DNA of 63,841 nucleotides, filler included, from Basidiobolus ranarum (taxonomy: Eukaryota): assembly GCA_040143965.1 (NCBI GenBank). It is 25 parts of 25 records of this genome, joined end to end, with 100 filler letters (N's around TTAATTAATTAA, not from the genome) between each part and the next. Parts side by side here need not be neighbours in the genome. Positions count along the whole stretch, not along the records: positions 1 to 2,468 come from JASJQH010003307.1; positions 2,569 to 5,035 come from JASJQH010003308.1; positions 5,136 to 7,602 come from JASJQH010003309.1; positions 7,703 to 10,168 come from JASJQH010003310.1; positions 10,269 to 12,733 come from JASJQH010003311.1; positions 12,834 to 15,297 come from JASJQH010003312.1; 19 more parts are not named here. One strand, written 5' to 3'. Shown here piece by piece: positions 1 to 13,504 of the stretch. How positions within the stretch are numbered: the first letter of the stretch is position 1; each line of letters begins with the position of its first letter. The notes beneath the pieces are model-generated. The model had not been told where the DNA came from, made no database searches, and saw nothing but the letters and a program-made list of their open reading frames with translations. Both the position numbers and the translations under genes were made by a program.

Positions 1-2345
1 TGATTTATTTTTGTTACGGGTAGTATATGGTCATATTGCTAAGCCTCTGGATGGGAAATTGTATAAAAAGGCAAATAAATGTATCCTATTAGGATATCAG
101 AACAAAGGCCATTAATTGCTGGTACAAATCAAATCTTCAACTCAGACATACTATATTTAGTGAAGAAAATCTCAAATCTTACAATCATGGGAACTTTATT
201 TTTGCTAAAAATCAATTTGTCAATAACTCAAACTCTAAGTTAACAAGTTCTGTAACCAATGTTGAGCTAACAAGTACTGAAACCAACTTGGTAAATGATA
301 CATTAGAAATAGATACTGGAATTAAGCAAAATTTGGAATCTGAAGCTATCTATTAACAGTATCCAAATTTAGAAAATATCACAACTGGGTCAAGGTCTAA
401 TACATCCGCAACTTATGAATATATGACAAAGCTCAAATCATCACCAATCCCTGTAGTGATTATTCCTAGCAGAAAACCAACAAACAATAATCTTGTCTCA
501 AACTTCACTACAAGTACTGAAACCAAGGAGAACACACTATTATGCGATATTCTGGAATCAAGCAGCAATATATATAGTCAAACATTAGGTAACACTGGAA
601 ATGTACCAATTTGTACCAGAAAACCTGATAATTACTCTGAGGATACTGCTAATTTGGAACTAGCTTGTGGAAATCAGAATATTATCTCTGACAATGCAAA
701 TTATGTTAATCAGTCAATGGATATTTTTCCTGCCAATCAGAATTTAGGAAGTTGGGGTCAGAAACAAGCAATAACTTTCTGACCAATTGTTTACCTAAGA
801 AATATCCTACTCTCAATATGGCTGATATTGGATGCATTCAATTATTAGTAGTATACAATCACTAACAATAAGTATTCAATCAATCATAAAGTTTGGGCAA
901 TTAGGTCTCAGAAATCACACTGATCGGAAACCAGAAACATCTTGTATGTGAAACATCTGACCATTCTACTAAGGACTTTGGATGTCTCAAATTGGATTGT
1001 GAAATCAACAGATTCAATTGAGAAAAAGGGTGGAGTATATCTGCACATATAGCATTCTCTAAATCAGAAAATTTGACACAAGTGTTGAAATCTGATGAAA
1101 CAACAGAATGGAGAAAAGCCACTGATGATGAAATTTGCTCTCTAATCAAGAATAATACAGGAGTTCTTGTGGATGTATCTACTACAAGAAAAACTCTTGC
1201 TAATGGATGTGTGCTGAAACTGAAACTTAACTCATATAAATCTAGCAACCAGTACAAAGCAAGATTAGTAGTGAAAGGCTATCATCCTCAGAGACATGGC
1301 ATTGACTGTGATGAAATGTTTTCTCCTGTTGCTAAGTTTTCCTCAATCAGAGTAATCTTAGCTTTGGCCATCCACCAAGGAATACTGACTGAACAAATGG
1401 ATGTCAAGACAGCATTTTTAATGGAAAAATTGATGAAGATGTATATATGGATCACCCAAAGGGATATATTGGAAATGGATATGAGCAATCAGTGCTTAAA
1501 CTACTCAAAAGTCTATGTGGTCTGACACAGGCTCCTTGCACATGGAATATTAAAAAACAATCCAATCTTCATCAAACATCTTTTCCTTTGCAGCAAAGTT
1601 TATCACTTCATATACTTCAAGACTATCAGAGCCACAAAAGGCATAATTGCACTCTATGTTGATGATATCATAATTGTTAGTAGTTATTCAAATCTGATGA
1701 AACAAACTAAGACCTGGCCAACTACCAAGTTTCAGATGCAAGATCTTGGATCACTAGCATATTATCTTGGAATGCAGATACTTCAAAATCCCAATTTTGG
1801 AACACTCAGTATTACAGAAGAAAAATATATTGGAGATATTTTAATCAGATTTGTAATGTCAGAATGTAAAACAGCTTCAAATCCACTATGAAACTGAAAC
1901 TCACTGAGGATATGGAACCAAAAACCTCTAAAGATATTGTAATCATGAAGCATATTACTTACAGTTGTGCAGTTGGAAGTCTTGTATATGCAACCACTGG
2001 TACCAGGCCTGATATTGCAACAGCAGTAAGCATAGTAAGCAAATATATGGAAAATCCTGCAATCAAACATTGGATAGCTGTGAAACAGATAATATGGTAT
2101 CTGAAAGGTACAATAAATCATGAAATTCAATTAAGTAAGTGGTACAGTATGTTGCTTATTTTGGAACAATATACTTATGCAGGCTGGGCTAACAATAAAG
2201 AAGACCTTAAGTCCAGAACTGGTTATGTTCTTAAGCTAGCAGGTGGGCTAATAAGTTGGATTAGTTTGAAACAACAAACTGTCACATTATTAACTGCAGA
2301 AGCTGAATATATGGCAAGCTCTATTGCTGTTCAAGAAGCCATATT
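1..2345 (+). mobile_element. Decayed Ty1/copia pol fragment (post-integrase region, RT, RNase H)
   Basis: Frameshifted motifs YKARLVVKGY, QMDVKTAFL, ALYVDD (1648-1665), RPDIATAVS, GYVLKLAGGLISWIS, TAEAEYMA. Confidence 0.95.
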
Positions 2346-2468
2346 TGCACTGCATTCTTCCCTTCATACTTTTGAAAATACTCCTCAAGCACTTTGACTA
2401 TTTTTGTACATCCTTGTAGTGTGACACTACTGAGGGTGCTTTGCGGTGTTTGTGCAGCTTTTTGCTTG

Positions 2469-2568
2469 NNNNNNNNNNNNNNNNNNNNNNNNNNNNNNNN
2501 NNNNNNNNNNNNTTAATTAATTAANNNNNNNNNNNNNNNNNNNNNNNNNNNNNNNNNNNNNNNNNNNN
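2469..2568. other. Artificial 100-bp contig linker N44-TTAATTAATTAA-N44 (first of 24; last at 61296-61395)
   Basis: Identical spacer about every 2.55 kb. The core is a palindrome with stops in all six frames. Flanking contig lengths fall monotonically from 2468 to 2446 bp. Confidence 0.99.
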
Positions 2569-3187
2569 TCCCCCCTAACCCTAAGAAAACTCTCTCTCTC
2601 TTCAAGTCACCAATTTTCTAAGAAATTACTACAGTAAACAAGCAGTAGAACTTCATTCCCCACTAGACTTTGACATTCAACATCTGTGGGAAATAGCAAA
2701 CTCTAAGGTTTTCAACTAACCTTAGTATTTCCATACTTTGTTATTTTCTTTTTATTTTAACTTCAGCTTTTATTGTTAGCATATTATGCTACGTTGGCTT
2801 ATTTGTTTAATAGTAGTTAATCTAGTTATTAAATAAATATTACACCCTGTGGTGTTTATCATCCCCCCTAACTATCTCAACCATCATGAGGGCTAGCTAC
2901 TTCACCGCCGTTGTGATTGCTATTATCTCCTCTATTGCCGGAACAAACCATTTCTAGCACCATTTCCACTACCACTCTTTCCAGAATTAGAAGTGCTAGC
3001 TCCATTATTGCTGTTACCATTGCAATTATCTCCTCCAATACCTTTACCACTGTTACTGTTGCTGCTTCCATTAATAACCTTACCAGCATCGTATGCACCA
3101 GCTCTAATGCCGCCATTTCCATTGCGATTGTCTCCTCCATTTCCAATCAAATGTACCGATTTTGCACTCTTGCAGAAAGCGTAGCAT

Positions 3188-3480
3188 GGGCTAATAGGTG
3201 GTAGGGCTAATAGGTGGTAGGGCTAATAGGTAGGATAAGTCCACACTTACCGTATGCACTCTTACCGGAATGGCTTTAACCCTAACCCATTTTGACCAAT
3301 CAAATGCTCTAGTTTTGCCTCTTACCGGAAAAGCATTCAATTATAAGCGGTAGGAAAATTGCACCTTACCGGAAAAGTATACAATATAAGCAGTAGAAAA
3401 ATTGCAACTTACCGGAAAGATCATAACCCTAAATCGACTTTGACCAATCAAATCGCTATGATTCTGCACTCTTACCGAAA
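3188..3480. repeat. Short-motif array: 3x 16-bp GGGCTAATAGGTGGTA, then 6x CTTACCG(GAA) with two TAACCCTAA..TTTGACCAATCAAAT units
   Basis: CTTACCG at 3246, 3261, 3321, 3365, 3408 and 3471, read directly from the sequence. Confidence 0.85.
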
Positions 3481-4032
3481 GAGCATAAGTCGTAGTACGA
3501 ACCAAATCAACATTGTATAGTCATCTATTTAGCCCTGACTTTACCATTAGTTCGTTCTAGACATTGCTTGCTTGAAATCTTCTTGCACATACCAAAAACG
3601 TTACAGGCAGAAGCATAGACTTGTACTATCCTGAAGGATTAAATTGACCTGTACTTACACACTCCGCCAAAAGCAACGCCTGTTTCTCTCGTTGTCTGCT
3701 TACACAGTAATTTCCCTAGCTATTTGTTCATTAATATTTTAGACAGCTGCGGATTTGAAATAGTTATCCAGACCATACCTCAGGATCTGATAGTTTCTAA
3801 TATATAAATGTCACGCTGCGGATGTCACTCCACTCATCCGAAATAAAAGCAACACTCATAGGATAAGACCTGCCACAACCAATCAATGCGTAATTGATGA
3901 CGTGACCTGCCTAGGTATTATTAAGCAATCTGATGTTTATGCTAGAGTTTAAGGCTGGACAACTCGGTTTTTGCATATAAAACTAGTTATGTTTCTTCTG
4001 ATTCTCAACTCACTAATTCTCCAATAACACAT

Positions 4033-5035
4033 ATGACTGAACTACCAAAAATGAGATATACGAGCTTCGGCTCCACTGGGCTCAAGGTAGAGTAATCCAG
4101 CCTTAAGTATTGGTTGACAATCGACGATATCAGACTAACTTGAGTTTCATCTGTAGGTTTCGAAACTGTGTCTAGGGTGTATGTCTTTTGGTTCTTCTGA
4201 ATGGCAGCCTTGGATTTTGAATGAAGAAGAAGGGAAGAAAATTGTGAAAAGAGCTTGGGATCTCGGGATCAATTTCTTCGATACTGCTGGTATTATCGTC
4301 AGTAAACAGCTCAGACACTTATTTATATTAAATAATCGCTCGATTTCTCTTTAGATGTCTACTCGAATGGAGAGAGTGAACGAGTTCTGGGTCTTGCTAT
4401 CAAGGAGCAGAAAATCCCTCGGGAAAGCGTCGTTATAGCTACCAAATGCTTCTTTCCTGTCTCGGATGACGTTTCATTCCAGACTTTAGCACAAGGAAAG
4501 GATGATGTCAAACTTCTCAACAAACGGGGATTAAGTCGGAAACATATTTTCGATGCAGTCAAAGCCAGTTTAAAGAGACTTGATGTCGAATATATTGACC
4601 TTTATCAGATTCACCGATGGGACTACGATACTCCCATTGAAGAGACCATGAAAGCCTTACATGACTTGGTTCAACTTGGTTTGGTTCGATACATCGGTGC
4701 CAGTTCCATGTATACTTGGCAATTCGCAAAAGCCAATGCTATTGCTGAACGTAATGGTTGGACAAAATTCGTTTCTATGCAAAACTTCTATAATTTGTTA
4801 TATCGTGAAGAAGAGAGAGAGATGATACCTTACTGCCTTGATCAAGGTATAGCCTGTATACCTTGGTCACCTTTAGCTCGTGGCAGATTGACAGGAAAAG
4901 ATCGAACCACCACCCGTAGTCAAAGTGATCATGCCCATCAAGCAGCATTTGGCTTAGATGCTGATTCTAAAATCATTGACCAAGTAGTCGAGATTGCTGA
5001 GAAAAGACAAGTTTCTCCCGCTAGAGTTGCACTTG
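4033..5035 (+). CDS. Aldo-keto reductase (aryl-alcohol dehydrogenase-like), 2 introns, 3' truncated
   Basis: Exons 4033-4086, 4157-4289 and 4355->5035; GT-AG introns 4087-4156 and 4290-4354. Spliced protein has GLKVSKLCLGCM, GINFFDTADVYSNGESE, VIATK, YIDLYQIHRWD, RYIGASS and PWSPLARG. Confidence 0.96.
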
Positions 5036-5135
5036 NNNNNNNNNNNNNNNNNNNNNNNNNNNNNNNNNNNNNNNNNNNNTTAATTAATTAANNNNNNNNN
5101 NNNNNNNNNNNNNNNNNNNNNNNNNNNNNNNNNNN

Positions 5136-7203
5136 CAAGATGTTATAGGTGAGCATTGAAAGGAATAAGGTACGACCAGTTGGGCACACACTCACTGTAC
5201 GAATGAATGAAGGGAAGATGGACATTGTGTAAATGGCAAAACCTAATCCAGCAACGAATCCTGGCGTTTCGGGAACATAGTACAAAGTCATAACGGAAGC
5301 AGTACCGAATGCCCACCATACAAAGCTAGTAACAAAAACTCTATGTGAAAGAGAGTATCCTACGGCCAAGGCAGCAATTACCAAAGCACCCCAAGGAACG
5401 GGGGCAGGCTCGTGGTGAGAGTATCCACGAGCGATCCATCGAGAAACAATAGAAGAGTCGGAGAACATACTATGAAGAATGAAAAAGACGGCACCAAGAC
5501 CTACAGAGACTCCACTCCAGCGAACATTGGGGTTAGGAGTAATGGAGCGTTTTTGGACAGGCTGTTTGTTTGAGAAATCCCTGATAATAAGGGCAAGGCA
5601 AGCCAAGACACCAATCAGAATACCAGTGGCGTTAGCACCTCCATTCTCTGCTCTCATAATGGGCCAGATAGGGTTGTTACTCTTCCACATAGCTTTTGCG
5701 ACAGTGTGGGCAATCAGGCCAAGTGATAATGAACCAATATCTCTTTCTAAACGACCAGTCTTCTCGTATTCATCGTACCATGTAGCGGCCCAAGTAGTCA
5801 AACTGATACCACAACCAATAGCAGCGTAGATAAGTCTATCAATAGGATCTTGCCACAAGTATGAAGCAACACCAATAAGGGAAATCAAGTGGAAGAAACC
5901 TCTGTAAGAGCGTACGGTATTGCGTACAAAAGAGATACCGAGAACGACTGGGACAAGGGTAATGAATAGGAAGGCTTCATATCCAGAAATACCCATATAC
6001 CACAATGGGAAGTACCAAATAAGTAAAGGTAAAGCAGTGAGCATCGACCAGAAGACGAAACCAAGATAGACATCAGCACTGAAGAAAATAGCCTCAGATA
6101 ACCACCCAGGCTTGGCGGCAACAGTTTCCTTCTTCAAAGGGCTCTTTTCAACGGTACTATAAGCGCCATCACGGTCTTGCTTCTCCATAATGTTTGCATC
6201 TAACACTTGAATGTGAAGAGTTTGGAAATCATATACGGAGACACCATCAAAGGCAATATCATAGAAAATAAGAGACCACTCGAGGAAAGCATAGATAGTA
6301 TAAGCACCGGGAACTTTTTCAACCTTATGTTGGATAAAGAAGTAGATCAAAGGAGCCAAGGTAAAAATAAACAATCCGCAAATAGTTTTACGAAGTCTAT
6401 TTGCTTTAAGAGCAACGGCTGGTTTGGAGCTGAGTAGACTGGAAGAAGCAGTACGGATGGTTCCAAACATATATGGGAAAGTCAATAGAATGTATAAAAT
6501 CATTCCTATATCATGAATCATATGATCATCGGTAGAAGTGATATACACGAAAACACCGCAGGAAACAGTACGAACGACACCAATAGCAAGAAGAATCTTC
6601 TTGAACAAATCGGATGTTCCTTGATGTTTAGAGGTGACATAATACCACAAAAATAGAAGCAAGAATCTAGGAGCTAAACATAATATTAACTTTTAAGTTT
6701 CAGTTTCAATATTTTAAGATGATACTTACTTGCGGTTGCGGCGATGAGAATCTGGAAGACAGGTCTGGCAGGATATCTATCCCCAACAGTGGCACTTACA
6801 CTGGGAAACCATTCCTGTTTAAAAATATTTAGAATACTATGAATACAAGAAAAATGAATTATAGGCTTACATCTGGATATCCAAAATATTCATTTTGAAC
6901 AATTTTCAAGTAATGTGTTTGACAAGCGACAACCAGAGCAATCAGGAACGCGCCTAAAAAAGATTAAGTTAATCTACCAACATCTTCATCCGTAGAACAA
7001 TAGAATAGACATACCACAAGCAAGAAGGGAGTGGGTATATGAGATATATTTGCCGCTGAACTTTTGAAAAACATAAGGATTAAACGGAGATTTGAAAAAA
7101 GATAGTACCATATACTTACACCCCCAAGCACAGCTGGGTTTGTTACTTCAGCGGCTTCAGTAGGGACAAGTGGTTCACGTTTTGAGCGTCGCGAAGCAGT
7201 CAT
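5136..7203 (-). CDS. CWH43: CWH43 / PGAP2-interacting GPI lipid-remodelling membrane protein, 4 introns, 3' truncated
   Basis: ATG at 7203. Four short GT-AG introns give [56 protein letters not shown], then [30 protein letters not shown] and NNPIWPIM, all typical of Cwh43. Confidence 0.93.
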
Positions 7204-7702
7204 CTTAAAAAATACTTTTGACCACGGAACCAAGCTTCAGCGTGTGAAGAGGGACGAAGACGATCAGAAGTAAAGGAGAGTAATTTTACAAATCGCTCTT
7301 ATAATTTCGAATCTACAATAAAATTTCATGGCTGTGTTGATTCTTTGTGGAACTTGACGTAATATGAATAAAATTTTGGCCTAATACCTAGTCTCTGATT
7401 GACACGAGTGAGTATGAAAATTATTCATCAGAAATAAATGCATAATATTTGTACCATAAGTAAGGCATCGGATTGGTAGAGTGAACAAGATGTCGATAAA
7501 TTAAGCCTATGACACTAGGCTTTCCATATTTACTTAGATCTAGAAGTTATTGCTAAGAAATCCATAATGAGCACCTGTCTGGATTGTAAAAGAGAAGTAG
7601 CANNNNNNNNNNNNNNNNNNNNNNNNNNNNNNNNNNNNNNNNNNNNTTAATTAATTAANNNNNNNNNNNNNNNNNNNNNNNNNNNNNNNNNNNNNNNNNN
7701 NN

Positions 7703-7820
7703 GATTTATTGAGTTGAAAGTTGACATTTATAGTTTTGTCAAGATATAAACAAACTAACATGTAGGATGTGATAAGGAAGGTCCCAGGAACATGTGAGCA
7801 AAGTTTGGGGCTTTTTTTTG
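7703..7820 (-). repeat. Fragment of copia LTR family A
   Basis: Matches ~46120-46235 and 25643-25715. Confidence 0.8.
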
Positions 7821-8139
7821 AATCCGCAAACTTTTTTAGGGTTATCTGGGTCCACAAATTCATCTGACTAGTCTGTGTAGATCTCCTCAGCAAACTCATC
7901 AATCAACAAAGAAGCTTTTACATCCATTAGATGGATAATAAACAGATATTTAGCTGAAATTGTCAAAATCAATCTAATTGAATTACACTTTAATATGGGA
8001 GCAAATATTTGATATCATACTTTGGGCACAAGTCTAGCCTTGTGCATATCTATATTAACACTAGATTTTTACTTAACTTTAAAAATGCTTTGCCAGCCAA
8101 TTAGTTTTCTGTCATCTGATGAGTTGGTTAAAAGCCAAA

Positions 8140-10168
8140 TTTCATTATTGATAAAAGCCTGGTACTCATCAGCCATTTCAGATCTCCAGAATTTTATGTG
8201 AGGGCTATGCAGGGCTTCTTTTGCCAACTAGGGCCAAATACTTGATCTGTGCAGGCATTGGCTCAATTTTTGAGACTCATTGTAATACACTAACACAAAT
8301 TTGAGGATTGTTGTTGCTAGAAAACCATCACAATTTTAATCCTTTTTGGATGACTGTTTACATACCATCCTAAAATTGTCAAGTTAGATTTGAATTTAAT
8401 CAATTTCTTCAGTTCCAGGAGTGAAATTTCAAGATCTTGCAAAATAGTTGTATGTGATTGGCTACAATTACAGAGAGCATAGATCAACATATGTGCAAAA
8501 AATGTAGTTTAAATTTCACACATTTAGCACACAAATTTTAATTTGTCACCTTCAAAATCCTTAGTTTCTTTTATGTATTCTCCTGAATATTGGTATAGAG
8601 TTCTTCATACCCAAGGTTTAGCTCATATCTAACATGAGTTTGTATCAATATTGTAATCAAAGTCCACTGGTTAGTTGTTCCCAGATATCTGTACTGTCAA
8701 CACCAGACTGAATGCCAAATTGAATATTCTTATTTGGAAGCCACTTTCTGCATACTTGCACTGTGTTTTTCCCTTGATACTTTTGAAAATGCTCCTCAAG
8801 CACTTTTACTATTCTTATATGCCATTGACCCTTGCAGAAATTAAATCAATTTGAACTGGATTGGATCCACCCTTCTGGATTGCAAAACCATCTGAGCACC
8901 ATCACTGTATTGATGGCTGGCATTCTGGCAGGGACTTTAGTTGTGAGATTGTAGCTTCTTGATGGTATTATGATGGTTTTCATACATGGTTAAATATTGT
9001 TCCTCTTATTTGGCATGCATTATTTCTTTTCCAACAATTTTTGCAAAAAACTATTTTACAAATGGCAACCTAGTGGGCTTACTGCTGTAGGAATTTGAAT
9101 TAATATGCATGTCTTTACTTAGCTATTTTGGGCTTTGTATTCCCGCCATAATGAGAATCAAAAATATAAGAATCTTGTTGTGTTTGGTCTCTATGTAAGA
9201 ATATACTGGGCTGATTGGACATAATTCACCAACAACAATATGCTTTACCAGCAAACTAGCAGTAAAAATATTGCTAAACATCCAAAATTTTCAAGAGCAC
9301 CAACACTTGGCAAACTGCTGACTCTTGTTACTGTTCACAACAACAATAAGCCCTTCCATTTTGCAAAATTTCCTTAACTAATTGAGCCAAACTATCCCTA
9401 ACTTGGAGTCAACAAATATTCTGCAACAAGTAAATATGTGATAGCTTGAATAGATTACCCCATGGCTAAAACAATAATACTATGTATCTCAATCTATCTC
9501 ACTAAGAAGTCTTTCTTGCATCTTTCCTGTATATGCCATCAGATTATCAAACGAATAAGTTAGCCCAAATTACAAAGGAACTTATTGCAAGTCCTTGGAT
9601 TAGGTTTTGTTACTGTTATTGTGCTCAAACAACGCAAAAACCGGTGACCGCATTGAAAGGAGCATTTTTTTGGAAGGTTAATATAGTCTGGAATCTCCTT
9701 AAGACCTTACAAAATAAAAACAATTTGATCCAGTTTGGATCGACCCTTCTGGATCACAAAACCATCAGACAACTGGCACAGTATTGGTGGCTTGCATTCT
9801 GCCAGGGATCTTGACAGCAAGATGGTAGCTTCTTGATAGTACACCATCTGGCACAATCTGTCAATTACCATGGCTGGGTCCTATAACACTCAATCAGACA
9901 CTATAAGGAACAATATGGCACTATCCCACCACAATTGGACACAATGATTTTATTGGAGATATTGTGCCAGCCCATACCAAGTAACCCAATTTAGTATTGG
10001 CAAATTAAGATTTTTTGGTAACTGACAAAGCAAGTTCATCCCCTAGTTTGTAACTTAAGAATTACTGAATGTGTAACAATAAACAATTTATACTGTAACT
10101 TACCCAATCAAATGTATAATCAAGACATTCACTTGCTTTTAGGCCAATCATTTGTCGCTCACTAATAC
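8140..10168. mobile_element. Mosaic of copia fragment, CACTA-like termini (8288, ~8829, ~9703) and Harbinger-like subterminal region (~9838-10168)
   Basis: Segments match 27340-27500, 30850-31442 (reverse complement), 23332-24140 and ~22420-22730 (reverse complement). Confidence 0.8.
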
Positions 10169-11164
10169 NNNNNNNNNNNNNNNNNNNNNNNNNNNNNNNN
10201 NNNNNNNNNNNNTTAATTAATTAANNNNNNNNNNNNNNNNNNNNNNNNNNNNNNNNNNNNNNNNNNNNATTCGTAATATCAGAAGTATTCTTCTTCATCT
10301 CTATCTTTTGGGGATATTTCCATTCTAGTTTAGCTCCAACAGTAGAATTAGGAGCAGTTTGGCCACCAAAAGGAATAGAACCATTAAATCCTTGGGAAGA
10401 TATGGGTTGATATTGGAACGATCCTGCGAGAATGCCTGGCACTACCAGAGTGAACTACGCGGTTTCTGAAGTGGCGGGTGCTTGAACTGATCGTTGCCAT
10501 CTTTGGGCTATAGTATGCATGATTCATGTGTGACTTGTACGAATTTGAAACCAGAGACTTCTTTTACTTAATTTTAGGCGGGCTCCCTCCACAATTTCAA
10601 TATTTGATGATCTCAAAATCCAGAAGTTACGTTATCATGTTTCTTATGGACCGTTTGTTTCTCGATACCCTGTGGTACGATACGGTGGTATGACTTTGCT
10701 AGCACCATTGGGGTTTTTCTCAGTTGCTTTTATGGCTTCGATACTCCTTGTGTAGCAGTCACCTTTAACAAATAAATTTTGCAAATCTCCCATATAGCAT
10801 TTCCGTACTTGGAAGGCTTCTTTTTAGGTAATACACACCATTATTGGCTATGAATTCCGCCATATGAGAGAACACCAGCATCACTGATTCCTATTCAATT
10901 AGCGGAATCCGGAGAAAACATCAGAATCACTGGTGGTATCTTGATCAATGGCCATTTGTAATTATGTTACCTTTTGACTTTCGAATGGTTATCTATTGCA
11001 TATCTGAATCCGCTCGGTAAAAGGAAAAGCAGACCGAATATTGATATACTAATACTTGCCATCTGTGCCACTTGATATCGTCTTTTTGGTGGTTCCTTTA
11101 TATTTTGTTTACACACACCTATACTTCCTGTCGACATTTAATCCTTTCTTGAACAACATTCAAC

Positions 11165-12184
11165 ATGATAGAACCAAACTTCATGACTTTCCTAGAATAT
11201 GCCCCTGATGCTACTTACCTTTTCGTTTCAGCTAACATAACTGAGGTGCTGGGCTTTCAACCTGAGGATGTTGTAGGTCAAAAATGGGATTTTTTATACC
11301 ATCCTGACGACAAAGAAGGCGTCAAAGTTGTGTATCATGCAGCGCTCAAAGAAGACAAATTGTTCTCGGTAATTTTATGTAGAGTCCAACATAAAGATGG
11401 GTTCTATGTCTACGTAGAGGTCATAGGTGTGATTTGTCACGACATGATGGTCGTTTTTTACGCATTGATATCGGGCCCTCCTCGCTTCAAGTGCCAACTT
11501 ATACGTAAGTACTTGATTATCTGTGACACTACAGTGATTAATGATTATGTACTTTCCTAACTTAGTGAATCAGCGTATAACACCTATCGAAAGAACGAGA
11601 ATTAGCAATGAAGGTTTAGAGACACTGGTATCATTTGTTTGAAGAGTTTTGTTCATAATTGTTATGGATTCTCATCAGCGTGTGGTGTTTTATAGGACTC
11701 GTTTAATAGACCGATTTCCTTAATAAAGTATCCCAACGTCGACGCCGCTTTTAGAGACCTTACTCCTGAACCAAGGGTATGTCTCATTATCAACCGATTT
11801 ACCTTAAGACATGCCATCTTGTTCGCTTCAAATGCCACTGAACATTTATTAGGTATAATGCCTGAAGATATGATTGGAATGCCTTTACTATCCTATATTA
11901 ACCCTGAGGATATGGATACTGTGGACCATGCTTTCTTTACTGTCAAGTCCCATCAATCCATGACATCTTTTCCAGTTATTTTTCTGTCACCAGGACTTGG
12001 TGAACTTAACCTTCACGCAGTGGCTATATCGTGTAGTGATGGGATTATATTGCTCCTTCGACCTGACAATAATCGGTATACTGTCAATGATGACGTTTTA
12101 AATTCCAAAAGATACTCATTCTCTTCACGAAAACGACACCCTCCTTTACTTCAAATGAAATCACACTCTCCAACCATCGCCTAG
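11165..12184 (+). CDS. Fungal two-PAS-domain protein, 2 introns
   Basis: PAS1 YLFVSANITEVLGFQPEDVVGQ..YHPDD; PAS2 EPRVCLIINRFT..ILFASNATEHLLG..INPED. Introns 11505-11565 and ~11627-11695 join the two ORF-track ORFs in frame. Confidence 0.88.
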
Positions 12185-12833
12185 AAACTCCCCATACATC
12201 ACCGGGCAAAGACAAGTCACAAGAGTTGTATTTATAGCAGCACATCTCTGTAAATATCTATCGAATAGCTTTTTGATTTTGATCTATGGAGCGTAATCAT
12301 CCATTTCTACTACCACTTCACTTTGATCAAACCCACCACCTATGTACAAGTTTAAATATGTTGGTTTATTTATGGCACAGCACACCCAATGCATCATAAA
12401 TTGGTAGTACCTTGAGCTAACTAGTCGCTTAGTATCATCCAACTATCACCAATAACTGTTCGTGCATGAGCTTTTCATGGATTTGTCATTTTGGAAGACA
12501 AGCGCCATTCTTTTCTTTTACGCCTTTATAAGTGGGTCCTAGAGTTGACGACCGTATTTTCATCCCATGTAACTATTGTGGTCATTTACCTGCATTCAAT
12601 TATTAAGATGTAGACGCACTTTTGTTGCTGATCACGTGGTGATTTAGATTACTCCAATAATGATTGAACAATTAAGAATAAATTATACGCTGTTTTATCA
12701 AGCCCTATTTGGCATACATACTTGCCTAATTACNNNNNNNNNNNNNNNNNNNNNNNNNNNNNNNNNNNNNNNNNNNNTTAATTAATTAANNNNNNNNNNN
12801 NNNNNNNNNNNNNNNNNNNNNNNNNNNNNNNNN

Positions 12834-13322
12834 CTATTTGCCAAGTGTCAGTGCTATTCAAAATTTCAGATGTTTAGCAATTTTTCCACCGTTAGTTTGC
12901 TGGTAAAGCATATTGATGTTGTTGAGTTATGTCTGATCAGTCAAGTATGTGCATATATAGAGACTAAACACAACAAGATTCTTGTATTTTTTGATTATCA
13001 TTATGGCTGGAACACAAAGCCTAAAATATCTAAATAAAGGCATGCATATTAATTTGAATTCCTACAGCAGTAAACCTAGTAATTTGCCGTTCAAAAATTA
13101 TATTTTTGCAAAAATTGCTGGATATTGAATAGTGCATGCTGAATTTGAGGATCAATATTTTAACATGTATGAATACCGCTAAGATACTGTCAAGAAACCA
13201 CCGTCATATCATCAAAATCCCTGGCAGAATGCAAGCCAACAATATTGTGACAGTTCTTGACGATTTTGCTATTTTGGAGGGTGGATCCAATCCAGATCAA
13301 ATTGATTTTATTTTTGTTAGGG
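12834..13322 (+). mobile_element. CACTA/EnSpm-like element end, terminal repeat ...TTTTTGTTAGGG
   Basis: Reverse complement of 23332-23800. Confidence 0.85.
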
Positions 13323-13504
13323 GTATGCTATGCCTATATTGCTAGTAAACCTTAACTTAGTCTGTCAATGTAAGGTACTTTGTCATTTCATCTATACAAG
13401 CAACTGATTGGCCTTAGACTTTGTGTTCAGATGCAGTCACCATACTCCATAATTTCCTCTTTTGGGAATTACTGCTGGTACCACAAGTCACTAGACTTTC
13501 AGCA
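13323..13504 (-). repeat. LTR-like family B fragment (tRNA-bearing repeat; tRNA part cut off by a CACTA insertion)
   Basis: Matches 23105-23285 and the reverse complement of 19105-19285. Ends CTTTCAGCA against gypsy integrase sequence. Confidence 0.85.

Noticed and set aside
2513-2524. Regularly spaced TTAATTAATTAA palindrome as a biological repeat or CRISPR-like array
   Set aside because: It is always centred in N runs; it is an artificial six-frame stop linker.
2877-3204. Four overlapping ORFs as real genes
   Set aside because: They are by-products of a low-complexity triplet-like tract; the most plausible Gly/Asn frame is short and broken.
2569-3432. TAACCCTAA motifs as a telomere
   Set aside because: Only 1-2 units at three scattered internal positions.
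10269-10527. Minus-strand gene start
   Set aside because: The ATG frames stop early and the open frame has no supported start or recognisable homology.
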